From: Tubulanus polymorphus
Lineage: Eukaryota > Animalia > Nemertea
NCBI RefSeq assembly: GCF_964204645.1
Contig: NC_134034.1
Span: 9,126,962-9,190,961, forward strand
DNA length: 64,000 nt
Reading direction: 5' to 3'
Part shown: positions 12,240 to 25,772 of the stretch, piece by piece
Layout: each line of letters starts with the position of its first letter
Position numbering within the stretch: position 1 is the stretch's first letter
Program-made: the position numbers and the translations under genes
The notes under the pieces: generated by a model
The model's database searches: none
What the model was told of the DNA's origin: nothing
The model's input: the letters and a program-made list of their open reading frames with translations, nothing else

Positions 12240-12831
12240 ATTCATCGAGTTTTTGGCCCATGCACTTCCAGGATTTGCGAAAGCTTGACGAATAATATGC
12301 TATTTGAGTGCTTTTGTACTAAACAACAATGGTTATTTACCGGCAACGATCTTGATGAATAACTCACCATTGTTCGAGATTGTATGGTTGAAGTCTATAC
12401 TCCCCATCCGGCCGATTGTCTGGTCGTTCTCCTTCAATTTGCTCATTTTCTTCAGCCAACGGCTCATGTAAATACGGGTTAATGACCTCTTCGTCACTAG
12501 AAGAGTCAGTTTCTTGATCTTCTTGGTCATTTTCAACGGCATATTTACTATTATTCGATTCATCGTCCGTAGAAAGATCACTGTGACTATCCGACATATT
12601 TGAATGGCATGTATCTGTGTATTACAGCTGGCGCCGCTCTTCTGGCGCTGACGTCATATCCGGTAAATGGAAACAGTACATGACGGAATGGAAGAATTCG
12701 CTATTGAAATACCTTTTTAATCGAATTCATTCAATTTTCAATTGAGATTGCAATCCCTATGAGAAATTGACCATAGACCAACGATATGTGACTAAAAACT
12801 GGGGTTCTTATGAAAAGTTGTCACATGTCCT
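12240..12831 (-). mobile_element. Kolobok terminus with internally deleted KolX gene
   Basis: Terminus TTAA|AGGACATGTGAC on the minus strand (TTAA at 12832-12835). ORF 12364-12597 has PYLHEP...RL...W followed by a GT donor. A C-terminal HIIRQAFANPG fragment lies at ~12260-12300. Confidence 0.65.
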
Positions 12832-12841
12832 TTAAAAAACC

Positions 12842-13730
12842 TCAATTTCCAACTGTTTGAATTTTTCGATAAGCTGTTCTTTTACTTCTTACGCACTTCC
12901 TCTGACCTGGTTTTTTGGCAATATTTCCGGTTTTAGGAACAGTCAGCAGATCTGTTGATGTCATTGTATTGATTCGTTTTGTTGGCCTTATCGTCGCTTT
13001 CATGAACTTCTCTGAAAATAGTTTGTTTTTATCGTCAGTTTGTGAGTCCAAATGGCATGGCTGACAGTTAACATAGCTTTTCAACTTTAATACAATTTCG
13101 AAGTTTCCTTGATTGTGTATAGCTCTGCTTCACCAATTTATGCAAATTCAATATCTTCCATTTAGTTGAAAGTTGTATAATGCTGTTAATTGTCTCGCAA
13201 TTGTGGTTGGTCCAACCGATTGAATGGACTTTTTTCTCGACTGACGGAATGCACACATACTGCTTTAGTCGCGGTTCCAGTTTATTGAAATAAGCTATAC
13301 ACTCTGGTGCTGATTCTATTAACTCAGCTTTTATTTCGATCATTTTTTGTTCATAGTTGAATTTGTCATTCTGGTGCAGCGCTCCACTTTTATCAAATAT
13401 CGCATTGACCATTCTATCTTCAACACTATGGTTGACATCAGTTTTTGCAACAAATATCTTTTTACATTTTTGATAAGATGCTGGTAACATTATATTTGAT
13501 TAGTGGAAAGGAATGCCTCTTTTTTACTGCCTTAAGCAACGCTTTTTCGTCATCCGCACCGAAAGTCAGGTATTCACTGTAGGCCATTTCCGTTGTTGTT
13601 ACTTCCGAGCCAAGCTTCCCTTTGATGTGTGTGAAGAAATGCTGATAGGTTTCGGTCACCCCGTCAAAATGTAGAAACAGAGGGCCGATGAATATTCTGT
13701 TGAAAAATGTGGTATCTATATGTCTGTCTA
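12842..13730 (-). pseudogene. Mutator/MULE transposase remnant
   Basis: IFIGPLFLH, FGADDEKAL (2nd catalytic D) and WTNHNCETIN (catalytic E), frameshifted. The motif set is the same as in 43824-46298. Confidence 0.75.
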
Positions 13731-14535
13731 GTCTCCCTCGTGTGATTTCCAAGTCAGCTCTGAGTCTTACAGAGGTTTATGCTGATTTATATAACCAGCA
13801 GTGACAAAAACATTCACGTTAATTCAACTTTTTCAACTATAGTCAAGTGCAATAAAAGAAGTTTACTGAATACAATACAATGAATAAAACCTTGGAGTAA
13901 TCATTTGACTGGAGAGAGCTTGCCTATTCATTCGCTATACACACTGTGGCCTATTCATGTAGCACCACTCACCGATCTCACTCGTAGCAACAGCTCGCCG
14001 CTGACATCGCATCGCTTAACCGGAAGCTTTACTACCAGTATGCGCAAACGGGCTTGATTGAATACGACCTATTTAACGCATGCGTAGTTGTTACAAATAT
14101 GTCCGCGCCGTTGTGAAGAGTTTTTTGGAAAAAGAATCGTAAAAATCGACCGATATTTAAGGAAATAACAGATTTTTACCACGCTTTTCACAAACAGTAC
14201 TCAATTGAATGTAAGTGAAAAAGAATAATTCATCAAATTAAAACCCGATTCTTCCGGATAATGGCACATACATCATATTAAAGATCGAGAGTTGATGATA
14301 ATGAAATAGTAAATGTCAGTGTGTTGCGCTTTGTCGCGAAATCAATATTTGTAATGAAAATTCCCTAGTTACTGTGGTGGTAATACAATATCCTCACTGA
14401 TGATAGACTTATCATTTCTGGCCATTGGCGTTGTTGCTTTGCCAAAATCAGATTCAAAACCGTTTTATCTAGTTAATTATATTCCTAGTCTATTTGTATT
14501 CCCACTCAACATATTATCATTCGCTTACTTTTACC

Positions 14536-17250
14536 TTTTTAGCCCACTTGGGACTTTAGTCCCAGCGGGCTATTGCGTTCACTTTCCATCCGTCGTCCGT
14601 CCGTCCGACCGTAGACGGAATCCAGTTATTTTGGGAAGTTTTGAAGACGCTTCAAGGTAATGTTAATATTTGGTTTATACATGTATCTACCCTAGACACA
14701 TCTTCAGCCCAAAAACTGGCCCTGTCAGAATCAAGATGGCCGACTGGCAGCCATTGTTGTTTGTCAAAATCAGCACTTTTTACGCTTTTTGAACTTTTTG
14801 AGGGAAATTTTGAAGACGCTGGAAATCAATTACCTGGATCTTTCGTATATATTTGAATCCCCCAAGGGCCCATCATCATAAGAAAAATTGGGTCGATCGG
14901 ACTCATGGTCACCAAGGGGCGTTGAATAGTAGAATACTTTAGTATTTCCTTATTAGATTGGTACCTAGGCATATTTTGTTACCATGATCAATTGCAAAGT
15001 TGTAGTTTATGACATGTTCTATGATTGTGGTGAGTTTCAAGGTAATTGGGTTTTGCATATGGTCACCAGGGGACATTGAATGGTAGAATTACTTAGTATT
15101 TCCATATCAAATTGGTAACGAGGCATATTTTGTTATCACAATCAATTACAAAATCGTAGCTGCTGACATGTTCTATGATTGAAATGAGTTTCAAGGTCAT
15201 TGGTTTTTGTATATGGTCACCAGGGGGCATTGAATATTGAAATTGTTAGATTGTTGATGTGACGTTCTACTCGCTCTATGCATTTTACCTAGTGTGTATG
15301 TACATGTGCTTGTAATAATTGATGTAACAAGTTCTTCGTAAAAGACACGTGACATCTAAAATATATACATGTATATATGTAATGTATAGTTCGTGTTTTC
15401 TGGACGATCATTGGAGTTATACTGACGAATCCTCTACTTTTACGAATGTCTCCTCTCCTCTTACGAATGTATCCTCTCCCCTTATACGAATAACTGAGAG
15501 ATGTATCTCATCTCCGGTAACGATAATCGGTATTGTACAACAATCTGGTAAAGGTAAATGTTTTAGGCAATATAGGCGACGTTACAAGAGTCCTCCTGCG
15601 TCCACATAACTATGGTGAGTATAGTAAAGAAGGGGTAGTTGTACCTCCACAGGAAAATATATAGTGCTCAACATTCCGATGACTGAAGTGGCTTTAAGAA
15701 TTGAGAAAATCCCCGACTACACTCAGGTGTGCGGCTCCCGGAACTCCCACGGCTTGAGATGAGAAAAGTTACTACACACAGCATCACGCCTAGGGTTATT
15801 GGCCACTCAACCCGAACATGATACGCGGTAACCAGCGCGCGCTTACTCCAGACCTGAAATCGCCCTATCTCATTCTATAAGGGACTCAAGCCTCGTCACT
15901 CATCCCTCCTGCCAGCGTGACAGTATGTCCAACGCCACAGGATACAAAGCCGACGAACGCTGCATCGTACTTCGAAGGACCTCGGGGCCTTATCCGATGA
16001 TCCTCTACTGCCGAGTCCGCAACACACCTGCTCAATCACAATTCAGGGGTACTCGCACATATAAGCCACAAAAACCAAAATCAACCTAAATGACCACGCA
16101 CTACGCACTCACGTCCGAGCGATACGACTAACTCGCCTCGGGTCCCGACACATTAACATTGCATGTATAACTTTTATTTATCCACTTATTCCCGTATCAT
16201 AGGGCGTTGAACATTAAAATACGACTTCCTAGGGACACACATTCCCCTCGGAAAAATGTTGGGGACTTGTTTTACTATATACACAAAGGTACGGACGACT
16301 CAACTCTGACGCGTACGTATTACAGGCCCTTCAACTAATAACGCGCCCATACGGCGCCACAGCCCCGCAGGGCGAACACACAACGAAACTCAACCACTTA
16401 TATCTTGCTGCAACTACTCTTCTACTTAACCCCTCAACGGTCGAGAGAAGACTGTCTCGAGTCGGCGAATCGCGCGCCTTTTATGGCGAGATTGCCGACC
16501 CCGGAGTGTCGTGCCACGCTTTTTGTTGATTTCGCGCCGCATGAATGACTGTGCTCGGTTCGAACTTTCAAACGGCTCTAAAATCTTCGTTTCTTCACCG
16601 ATTCCTTTCAAGTGAACATTTCCTGAAAGCTTCTTTCTGAGGTTAATAGATAAAATAATAGAAACCGGCAGAAAAATTCTTTCCTTTGAACGGGAAGGGC
16701 GCGTAGAAGCCGGTCTCGGGAACTGGCGCGCGCTTTGAACCCGGATAAAACGCTCACAGCTAATTTCCACTCCGGATTTCTTCATATACTTTCTCATGCA
16801 CTTCAGAACTATAAAATATTCACGACTACCTATTCGGGAAATATCAGGTGACTCTAATTTAATTACAAAGGGAAAACGACGATTATCCGGAGCGTGACGA
16901 GGGATGACCCGGAAGTGATTGACAGGGTGATGTCACATTCATAAACAACTCGCACGTGGCATCCGGTCCGGGGTGCTTGATACTAAACGATACTAAACTC
17001 CACCAATCAACACCCTCCAAATCCGACCCGAGGCATCAGGGGAATGGGTAAGAATGCCACAAATCGCATTATCAACTAACTCGATTTTTCTCATGACTCC
17101 GTAAAGAAACGTAACTCAGAATACGCCCGCGAGGCTCACAGTACAACTAAATACCGTCACAAACTGACGTAATACTGACTCCTGAAATTCTGTTACATTG
17201 AGCATTGGAAACCACTTCCCAAGTGGGCATGGCGTCCCTGGACCCCTAGT
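14536..17250 (+). mobile_element. Helentron/HINE-like element copy 3, interrupted by the 15258-17197 insertion
   Basis: Same termini and internal ~154-bp units as 5607-6809. The sequence resumes exactly after the insertion. Confidence 0.85.
15258..17197. mobile_element. Probable solo LTR (1940 bp; Gypsy-like), or a non-autonomous TGT..ACA element
   Basis: Begins TGTGAC and ends GTTACA, with a 4-bp TSD TTGA (15254-15257, 17198-17201). The empty site is visible in copy 1 at ~6755. No recognisable coding domain. Confidence 0.75.
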
Positions 17251-17675
17251 TTTCAGTTAGACTTTTGTTCTGATTGCTTGTTTTGTTTGCATGCAAGTCT
17301 GGTTGGAGGTATGTCATATGATTTTGCGCTATGGAAGGTAAGTCTATCTTCAATTATTGCAAACATAGGCATGTACGTGCGACTGAAAGATTGAAGTCGC
17401 ACTAACCCAGCTGTCAGCCAATTAATTGAATCACATTCTGTATTTGTCACTAGTAATGACCAGCTTGTTTGTGTTATATCGTCATTCAAAACTGTCTCTT
17501 CAACAGTTGAACGCAAATCTTGAAAAAGTCTCATAACATTATTTGTCTTTAAAATTGGATTGATAATAGTTGCTAACGTTTCAAAGAACCTGTATGCAGT
17601 CGCTGACATCTCGAATAAACCCCCCTGTTCACAATTTCTGTCCATTTATTGGTATATACCATGAAATTTTGTGTA

Positions 17676-19299
17676 CCGTATATTCTCGCGTAATAGTCGA
17701 ATTTCTAGACCTCAAAAATCAGTTTTATTTTCCGGGGTCGACTTTTACACGAGTTATACTTTTCAGGTCATAAAAATATCCGCGGCAGTCGACCAATTCA
17801 ATCCAATATATTTATTACTGGAAGTAAGGACTTAATTACAGGGTCTGAAGTTAGGTCTAGGTAAATGAAAAAGAAGATCAGAAGAATACAAGAAGCATTC
17901 ACTAACGATTGCTTCTGCCATCTACCGGTATTCAAGTGAGATGCAGACTAGATGTCAACTTCATGAAAATAAAAATAAAAACTTTTTCACTCAATTTCAT
18001 ACATTTTATTTTATATATAACTTCATTATTTTACACATGATATCAAATTAATAATTGGCTGTTATTATGACAAAAGTAAACAATCAATAGACACAGATTA
18101 AGTCTATTCACAGTAACACAATACCGGTAATTACGGCCTGGCATATGGTATATTGTTCTCCTTATCAAAACACACTGAACAACTATAGCACTAAACGAGC
18201 ACAATAAACAGTTCTGTCTATTAATTCCCGGTACATTCTATACGTAGCGCACTAGAATCCTTCAAATTCACTATCATCATCATCCGATTGTCCGAACAAT
18301 AAATTCCAATCGTCCGTGCAAATTCGATCATCGTATGGATCATTCTCCGCATTATCGGGAAGTTCATCTAGTTCGCCTTGATCCTGATCTTTCCAGAGAA
18401 AGTCATCCTTTGAACCGTCAACCGTAAATCTGTTTTTTTCGTGACCAGTCGTCCTGGCGAAGATGGTTTTTTCGCCGATTTTATTTATTGTTCGGTTCAT
18501 CGGCATATCAAAGTTCATCGGCGTTTCATCCATGTTTCCGATGCACGCTAGCCTGTAGCTATTTTATCACGATGACGAATAACAGAAATTCAGTGATTTT
18601 ATTTTCGAGTTAATCTGGTAGGCATTGGGCTATCTTCGTCTTCTGACGGAGGACGAAGTCATGACGTTTCATGAAGCGTGAAAATAGGGACACAGTTACA
18701 CTAATTGATCAATTTAGATAGTCAGCCTCCGTAAAATTTTTCTTAAAGTCTAATTACTTATGTCATGGACTAAAGAGCAAGAAAGAACACCAACTATCTC
18801 AAGTACATGTCACTCGAGAATTACCGTTAATTGGATCTCTTTCATCTACTGAGATCAAAGCAAACCTTTGATTAAAGGAAAAATAAGCTTTCTAACACCA
18901 GTTTTAATTAAAGACGAATGAATGACACTATTTTGAACACAAATTTTGATACATAGTTTATTTGTTTAATATGTTTTACTTTAAAAAAAATTACGATCTT
19001 CATCCTGAAGCAAAGCAATAGAATAATTATGTGCTGACAGGTGCTGCCATCTATCAAGGAAGTAGCGTTGTAAACAATACGGCAAAAACGGCCTGGCTGA
19101 TCATTTTTCTTTCTTCATCATCAATAAAACATGAGGTGGAGGCCTTGTATTAGAAGTGTTCTAGAATTTCTGCAGGTGATATCACCCTGAAAAACTGAGG
19201 TCGACTATTACACGAGGTACATGAAAAATCCATAGATTTTTAGGCCAAAAAGTCTGGTCGACTTTTACACGGGACCGACTATTACGCGAGAATATACGG
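17676..19299 (-). mobile_element. Tc2/pogo-like Tc1-mariner element, internally deleted
   Basis: TIRs CCGTATATTCTCGCGTAATAGTCG and CGACTATTACGCGAGAATATACGG, a TA TSD on both sides, and subterminal GTCGACTTTTACACG repeats. Confidence 0.92.
18252..18680 (-). pseudogene. pogo/CENP-B-family transposase remnant
   Basis: FMKRHDFVLRQKTKIAQ (end of the CENP-B HTH), then MDETPMNFDMP..TTGHEKNRFTV fused directly to the acidic C terminus (DGSKDD..FEGF). Confidence 0.85.
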
Positions 19300-19980
19300 T
19301 ACTTGACACTCCTGGAGACACTTTCCATAACTTTAATAAGTTCGTAGATATATGTGCACGTTGATTTTTACATTTTCTGTAGTGATTAATCAGCTTAGCA
19401 CATACATAGTACCACACAAATAGTACACGACTTGCTTTTCAGTCTCTGTCAAGGTCAAATTACCTGCATTTATTTCCAGTGATTGTTTATCAGGATTTTT
19501 GTACCTTTTTTACAGAATTTCTTTAAGAAGATTTTCAAGAATTATCTGTATGAGACAGTGGTCACTACCCATGGAAGGAGTTTCTGATACTGTTTTGAAC
19601 CTTTGTATAAAATTAATGGCTGGTGCCCAAGTAGCTACTTCATGAAATTTCGAAAAGACAGCGATTTGTTTTTTGGAAACTGTGTTTCATCGTCCCCCGC
19701 TGTCACAGCAATCCAAATTTTTTCCAAAAGTTCTGTTAATAATTGATTTAAAGTGTCTTTATAATTCGGGTTTTCAGTTAATTTTAAAACTGGTAGCATT
19801 TTCCAAAAGTTCCGAATTATTTATATCCGAGTTGAGAATATCCTTTACAGCATCACAAAATAGCTGAATTTTTTCCTGTTGTAGCTCAATCAATGAATAT
19901 TTGATATATTCATTGAATAAATATAAATATAATGAATACTGGATCTGGAATTACTCATACCAAATTTTTCTAAGACACTT

Positions 19981-22060
19981 CTAATGTATGTTGGTTGTCC
20001 AATCCATACTTCGCCGGTTACATATCATTGTATGACTTAAACACCCAAAAAGGTGATTCATGCCCATAGCCATCATCATGAAATGAGCAGCAAGATCTTT
20101 CTTTACTTGTGACATCCGCTCATCATCTCTACCCGCCATAAGTATATCATCAATATATAAAGCGATGACATATATCTCGCCATCTTCTAAGAAGGCTATA
20201 TAGATGCAAGGATCAATACTTATTTGTGTGAATCCCATTTGCTCCATTTTGTAAATACTTTTATTTAATTTAAAAACTACATGTTCTTTGCCTTCAACCT
20301 CAAAGCCTGATGGCTGCTTCAAGTCCTCTAAAAATCCATCCAATTCAACAAGATTTTTTTCAACGTTTTCATCTTGACTAACCTCATCTGCCACATTTGG
20401 TTCGTTCACAGCACTGCATCTGATCTCCTCGCAGAACACATCTCTACTATAGAACACCCATTGCTTTTCAAGATCGAACAGTCTATAACTTTTGGTTTCA
20501 GTGCCATATCCAAGGAAAATGCTTTTCTATGCCTTTGCATCTGGTTTCTTCCGCTCATCCTTTGGTATATGTGCGTAAACAACACAACCAAATACACGTA
20601 GATGATCTACATTAGGTTTATCACCTGTTCATGCTTCATATGTTGTCAAACTTTTCACAGCTTTGGAAGGACTACGGTTTTGCAGATATACAGCTGCTGA
20701 CAATGCCTCTGCCCAAAACTTTAATGGCAATTTTCCATCTGCAAGCATTGACCTCACAGTTTCTACTAGAGTTCTGTTCATGCGTTCAGCTAGGCCATTC
20801 TGTTCAGGTTTTTTAGGAATTGTCAACTGATGCTGAATGCCTTCTTCCTTCAAATAGTTTTCATACTCTTTTGATGTTTATTCTCCTCCATTATCTGTAT
20901 GTAGCACTTTCAGCAGCTGTCCAGATGACCTCTCGACCAAAGGTTTCCATTCCAGAAAATTTTGAAATACTTCATCTTTGCGTTTTAGGATGTACATCCA
21001 TACATAGTGAGATTTGTCATCAATAAACATAAGAAAATACTCACTTCCACGAACTTACTGTGTGCTCATCTTTCCACAGACATCACGGTGTCTCTGATTG
21101 TTTATGACCTTCCACAGGAAACGGTTTGCGGTGAAGTCTACCCTTCGTACATGGCTCGCAAAAACCACGATCTTGGCATGAATTGTAGTCAAAACCGCTA
21201 ACCATATTCTCTTTAGCTAACTTCTTTTAGGTTTCTTCCTCCTAGGTGTCCGTATCGTCGATGCCAAGATTGAGCCGCTCTGTTCACCTGCGAACATTCA
21301 TTTTGACAGTTCAGGTAGTACTAACTGCCAATTCTAGTTGTATATCCAATCACGTTTCTTTCTTCATCAATTATCATACCTCCAACCTTTTTCACACTGA
21401 ATAAAGTGTATGACAACCTGGGAAAGTACAATACTTTCTGTAGCTTGCATCATTTCGTCTTATCATCAGGGTTTACAAGTTCTAACTTAACAATTCCTCG
21501 TCCGACTGCTTTCACTCTGTTTCCGTCCCCCAATGTTACTTCCTCTGGGTCTTCTAATATGCCAAGTTCAACAAACAGGTTCCCATTGTTACACATGTGA
21601 CATTTCCCTGAGTCCACAATCCAGCATTCACGTCCAATCTCTGTACTTGTAGACTGCTTGTGTCTGACCATTAACAAGGTGCTGTCTATGTCATCACTAT
21701 CATCGAAGCCATGCTCTCTCAGTCTAGCTTCTGCATTATGGACCTTGTGCTTCAATTTCTGTTTATTCTGCTTTTGGTTTTGAGTTGCCAGAGCACGATC
21801 TCTTCTTGTCATAAACTTGGAATAATTGTCAGCATCTGAAGTATTTGGTTGGGTTTCTCGACCACTTACAATATTCCACAGTCTGTCTCTGATCAGAACC
21901 ATGCGACATTGAACCTTCCAGGTCGCATAATTCTTGCTATTCAGCAAAACAATCACCACTGGTCTTGATTCTGAGCCCATCATCAATCTAAATCCTGATA
22001 TCTCCGTGTATAAATATCCCTCTTAACCAGATGGTCTGGGTTTTGTTGGTCCCAAATTAT
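19981..22060 (-). mobile_element. Ty1/Copia LTR retrotransposon, degraded internal region
   Basis: gag NYATWKVQCRMVL, protease WIVDSG..HMC, SWHRRYGHLG, integrase GIQHQLTIP..PEQNGLAERMNRTL, and RT KQPSGF..LNKSIY and LYIDD. The PR-INT-RT order is Copia-type. No LTR was identified. Confidence 0.92.
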
Positions 22061-24330
22061 CCAAATAAAGCAAAATAAACAGTACTATTACATTTTCATT
22101 GATTCTATTTCGATTTTTTATCATTTTGATATTACAAGCAGTGTTGCCAATAGTTTAGAACAGTAAGTTTTAAATTGAAATATAATAACTCAAATAGCTA
22201 GGGGAAAGCGCAGTGAAGTAAAGAAGAATATCACTCTGCTCTTCTGGAATAACAAATTGAAACCTGTATGATGTCTGACTCCTGTACACTTACCTTCGAT
22301 GGCCTGTACTATTTGCTGATCAAGTATAGGGCGATCATTATTTTTATTGCCCTTTAACGTATGGGTCGCAAGAACTTTTGTGCCAAATACTGCCGTCAAA
22401 AGGTCAGAGGAAAACACAGGAAATGACTTGCAATTAAGACGGTCCTCCCATCTTTTCTTCAATATATCTGTAGATCTGAAACAAAAGTTACAAAGAAAAA
22501 TTAAATGAATATTGCAGAATGTTAAGGAAGTGTTTCTGAACTTTACTTACAAGTCCACTTTATCTTTTCGGCGTCAATGATATTGGTGATATCCCTGTGA
22601 TACAAACAAATCCATGACTTAATTTTGAAACCATAGGACAATTTGAAGATACCGGCAAGCCATGAGAAATCCCATATAGATTCAGATACTCCAGGGGTTA
22701 TTGGAAAAAAATGCTCTGGTATTGAAAACTCGAAATAAAGGCAAAAAATGGAACTATCAATGTTCCTACATAATTTGATCAAGTTTCATTAACTTGTTTA
22801 CTTCTCAAGTTGATTCAATGTTCAATGCAGTTCATCATAACTGAAACTACCCTGACCTAGGTTCTAAGTTAGCCACTGGTTAGATATAAATTAAGCACGG
22901 ATTAATTAAACCAAACTTATCCAGTAGTTTACTACAGATTTAGCTTCGGGTTTAAATGTTAATACTGCGCTAGCTGTGAAACTGGCCCCAGACAGTCCAA
23001 TGCGAATAGACTAACCAATCACTAATTTCCTATCTTCATGTAATGTTATTGCTATTATTAGATAACTTTATCCACTGCAATTGTTTTTATGTTATATATT
23101 CATACAATAGAAAATCGAATCACTTTGCTGTTAGCTGAAAGGATCATCAGATCTTATATGGAATGATGCAACATTGATCAATGAGTGCTTTTGCAAGGGT
23201 TTTTTCCATACACGGTTCATTTCTTTTTCTTGTACATAACTGTTATTGACATCGAGTTGAGTCGGATCAGTTCTCAATCATTATGCTTTAGGCATACAAA
23301 CTCTTATGATAACATCCAATTCATTCAGTCAGTTTTATATTTCTGAAAAGTTAATCAGTTGGTGCGTTTCATTTTGCTGGTGATTTACCTGTTCCCCTTT
23401 TCTTCAGTTTAAATGGTCAGTTGACATTGGAATTTGGAGTCAATAGTGCTTTTATCATTATACTACATGGAATGTCGATGTACCTAACTTACAAAATCCT
23501 AAGGCCTGGCACGAATGTTTGCAATTCCTCGTTAGATCGTTTGACTGCATGACATTTTCGCATCATTATAATTGTCATATGGCAATGGTATCATTTGTAT
23601 CATTCCAAATTGCACAAATTGTATCATTCATAGAAAGCGAATACTAAAGGCTTGCCCTAGTGCCTCCCTTAGTCCATACTTCCTGTTCATTGAAAGTATG
23701 TAACAAGTAATACCTTTTATTTCCAAGATACCCTGCTTGGTACACTTATAGCCCTTTTCTTACTTTCAGCCTGCCCTTTTCAGAAAATAGGGTATCCTTT
23801 AATATTCGAAATTCCATTCAGGATCCTAAGCAAACAATCGGTTTGGGTCATACCCTCAGGAATTTACATGCTCCCAAAAGAATTCTGATTTCAAAGTCGT
23901 GATTTCTGATTCCGGTATATTGCATGTTCTTAGATAAGAACTCTTAAGCTCAGATTTAGTCATACATTGATGCAACTGTGAAACTAGAGGGCTGATGTGT
24001 ATTTGTACTTCATTTTTGTTATTGCATTCAAATTGTTCGCTTCATAACCTGCTAATTAGAATTCCATCCAAGGACCTTATATGTTTAGTATGTTCAAAAT
24101 ATAAATTTCGACTGGAAAAGCCATAGGCTTTTCCTTTGCTAGGGAATTTGCATGATTTTTAAGACAGCAACGCAACACTACTTGTCAATATAAATCCTTT
24201 CCATCATTCTTACAGTGTTACTCTCTGTCCAAGTTTTCACTGACAATAAATGCTCTGGCCGTCTCTCTCTGTGGACATTCATTGACAATGAATGCTCTGG
24301 TTGTCTGACATGTGTTTGCATCATCAGCTC

Positions 24331-24521
24331 CGACATTTTCACCAACTTAATCATCAGAGAAAATGAAACGGATTAAGCTTGGCCTAGACAGAAATAGAAA
24401 CTCAGGGTAGAAAACTATGCCTTGAAGCGCAGCAAGATCATTGAAGAAGATCATTGAAGAAAATCATTTCTCTTTTGATTTGTCTAACTCCAGTAATAGA
24501 AACTGTTTCCCAAATGTAAAT
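24331..24521 (+). repeat. Dispersed ~190-bp repeat, copy 1 (copy 2 at ~61473-61670)
   Basis: Shared blocks GGCCTAGACAGAAATAGAAACTC, CAGCAAGATCATT and TAGAAACTGTTTCCCAAATGTAAATA occur in the same order and orientation. Confidence 0.75.
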
Positions 24522-25625
24522 ACGTAGGGTTTACTTTCACTCGATATGTCTTGGTCAAACATTACCCTCTACCACGGCTGTACACGCCGGCAATAATTCG
24601 TGACCTAGACCTCATTAAATATTCTGACGCGCACCGACTCAACGGTATTCACGCGTCTGCTGAGTCTCGCGCATCCGCGAGATTATTTTGAGAAATGTTT
24701 TAAGAGTTGATGAAACCCAACTCTGCATAGCTGTATACTAAAACATAGATTAAATGTTTAGAAATATGAAGTGGTTTGAAAAAAAAATTAACCCATGTGA
24801 GATATAAATTGGTAATTATTTGATCATGTGACTTGGCGTAAAAACAACATGGCTCCTGTCGTCCTCATAACAACAGGGGATTACGACATGATTTTAAACA
24901 TACCCAGTTGTTAAATCATCTGTTGGTGCTTTTGTAATCACTCCTGGAAATGAAAGCATTTAGAAATTCGCTGGGTGATGTTAATTGAGAGGATTAATAT
25001 GTTAAAGTTGTTAAATTTTTGTTTTTTTTTAGGAAATAAAGTATTATGTGCACGAGATATACAACACACTTATTCTTTTAATGATGAATGGGGTTCTTTT
25101 CTCTGAATGGCCGTTTTGTACACTACTCAACAGCTGATGTTCAAACAGTCTCTAATGGAACATTACATGCAGAAATTGGAATAAACGTCCTTGCTCTGGC
25201 ATTTCATATTATATAGCCAACCTATTGCATCCTGATCATTTGATTCAGATATTTATGGTCCACCTTTATAACAACAACCATGTATCTAGATTATGACATT
25301 GCTTGGATTTTACTGTAAATACTGGTCAATCAAAAAGATCTGGATAATGGGTTTGACTATATGTATGTAATCCATGTATAGCATTATTTGAAGAGCAAAG
25401 TTCAAAAGATAACAGAAACCACAATCTAACTTTTTAAGAAAACATAGTTTTATTGTATTGAACCAGAATAAATTAACATAATATCTTGGGGTAGGTAAGG
25501 CTGTACAAATGATAAATTAAGTAAGCTACATAACATAGATCCTATGATCTTTTATTACTAACACCATAATTGGGCAAGTATATTTTATGCTAGAGTTACA
25601 GAATTTATTGTTATATCAACCATTT

Positions 25626-25772
<147 letters not shown>

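Larger units (their letters stand above)
17253..19980 (-). pseudogene. Degraded TE protein resembling the P-element/THAP9 transposase C-terminal region, split by the pogo insertion
   Basis: LTETEKQVVYYLCG (YIAGY-like) at ~19410-19460 and DRNCEQGGLFEMS (DRGGL-like) at 17645 lie on either side of the insertion. Confidence 0.4.

Noticed and set aside
3312-12831. Joining the Kolobok transposase (3312-7560) and the Kolobok terminus at 12831 into one element
   Set aside because: The KolX next to the 12831 terminus is on the same strand as that transposase, whereas Kolobok genes are convergent. The transposase already has its own KolX stub at ~3190.
16426-16797. 123-aa basic ORF in the putative solo LTR
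   Set aside because: No recognisable domain. An ORF this long is plausible by chance in GC-richer DNA.
24562-24700. piggyBac-like terminus (CCCTCTACCACGG)
   Set aside because: No TTAA, no matching second TIR and no transposase.
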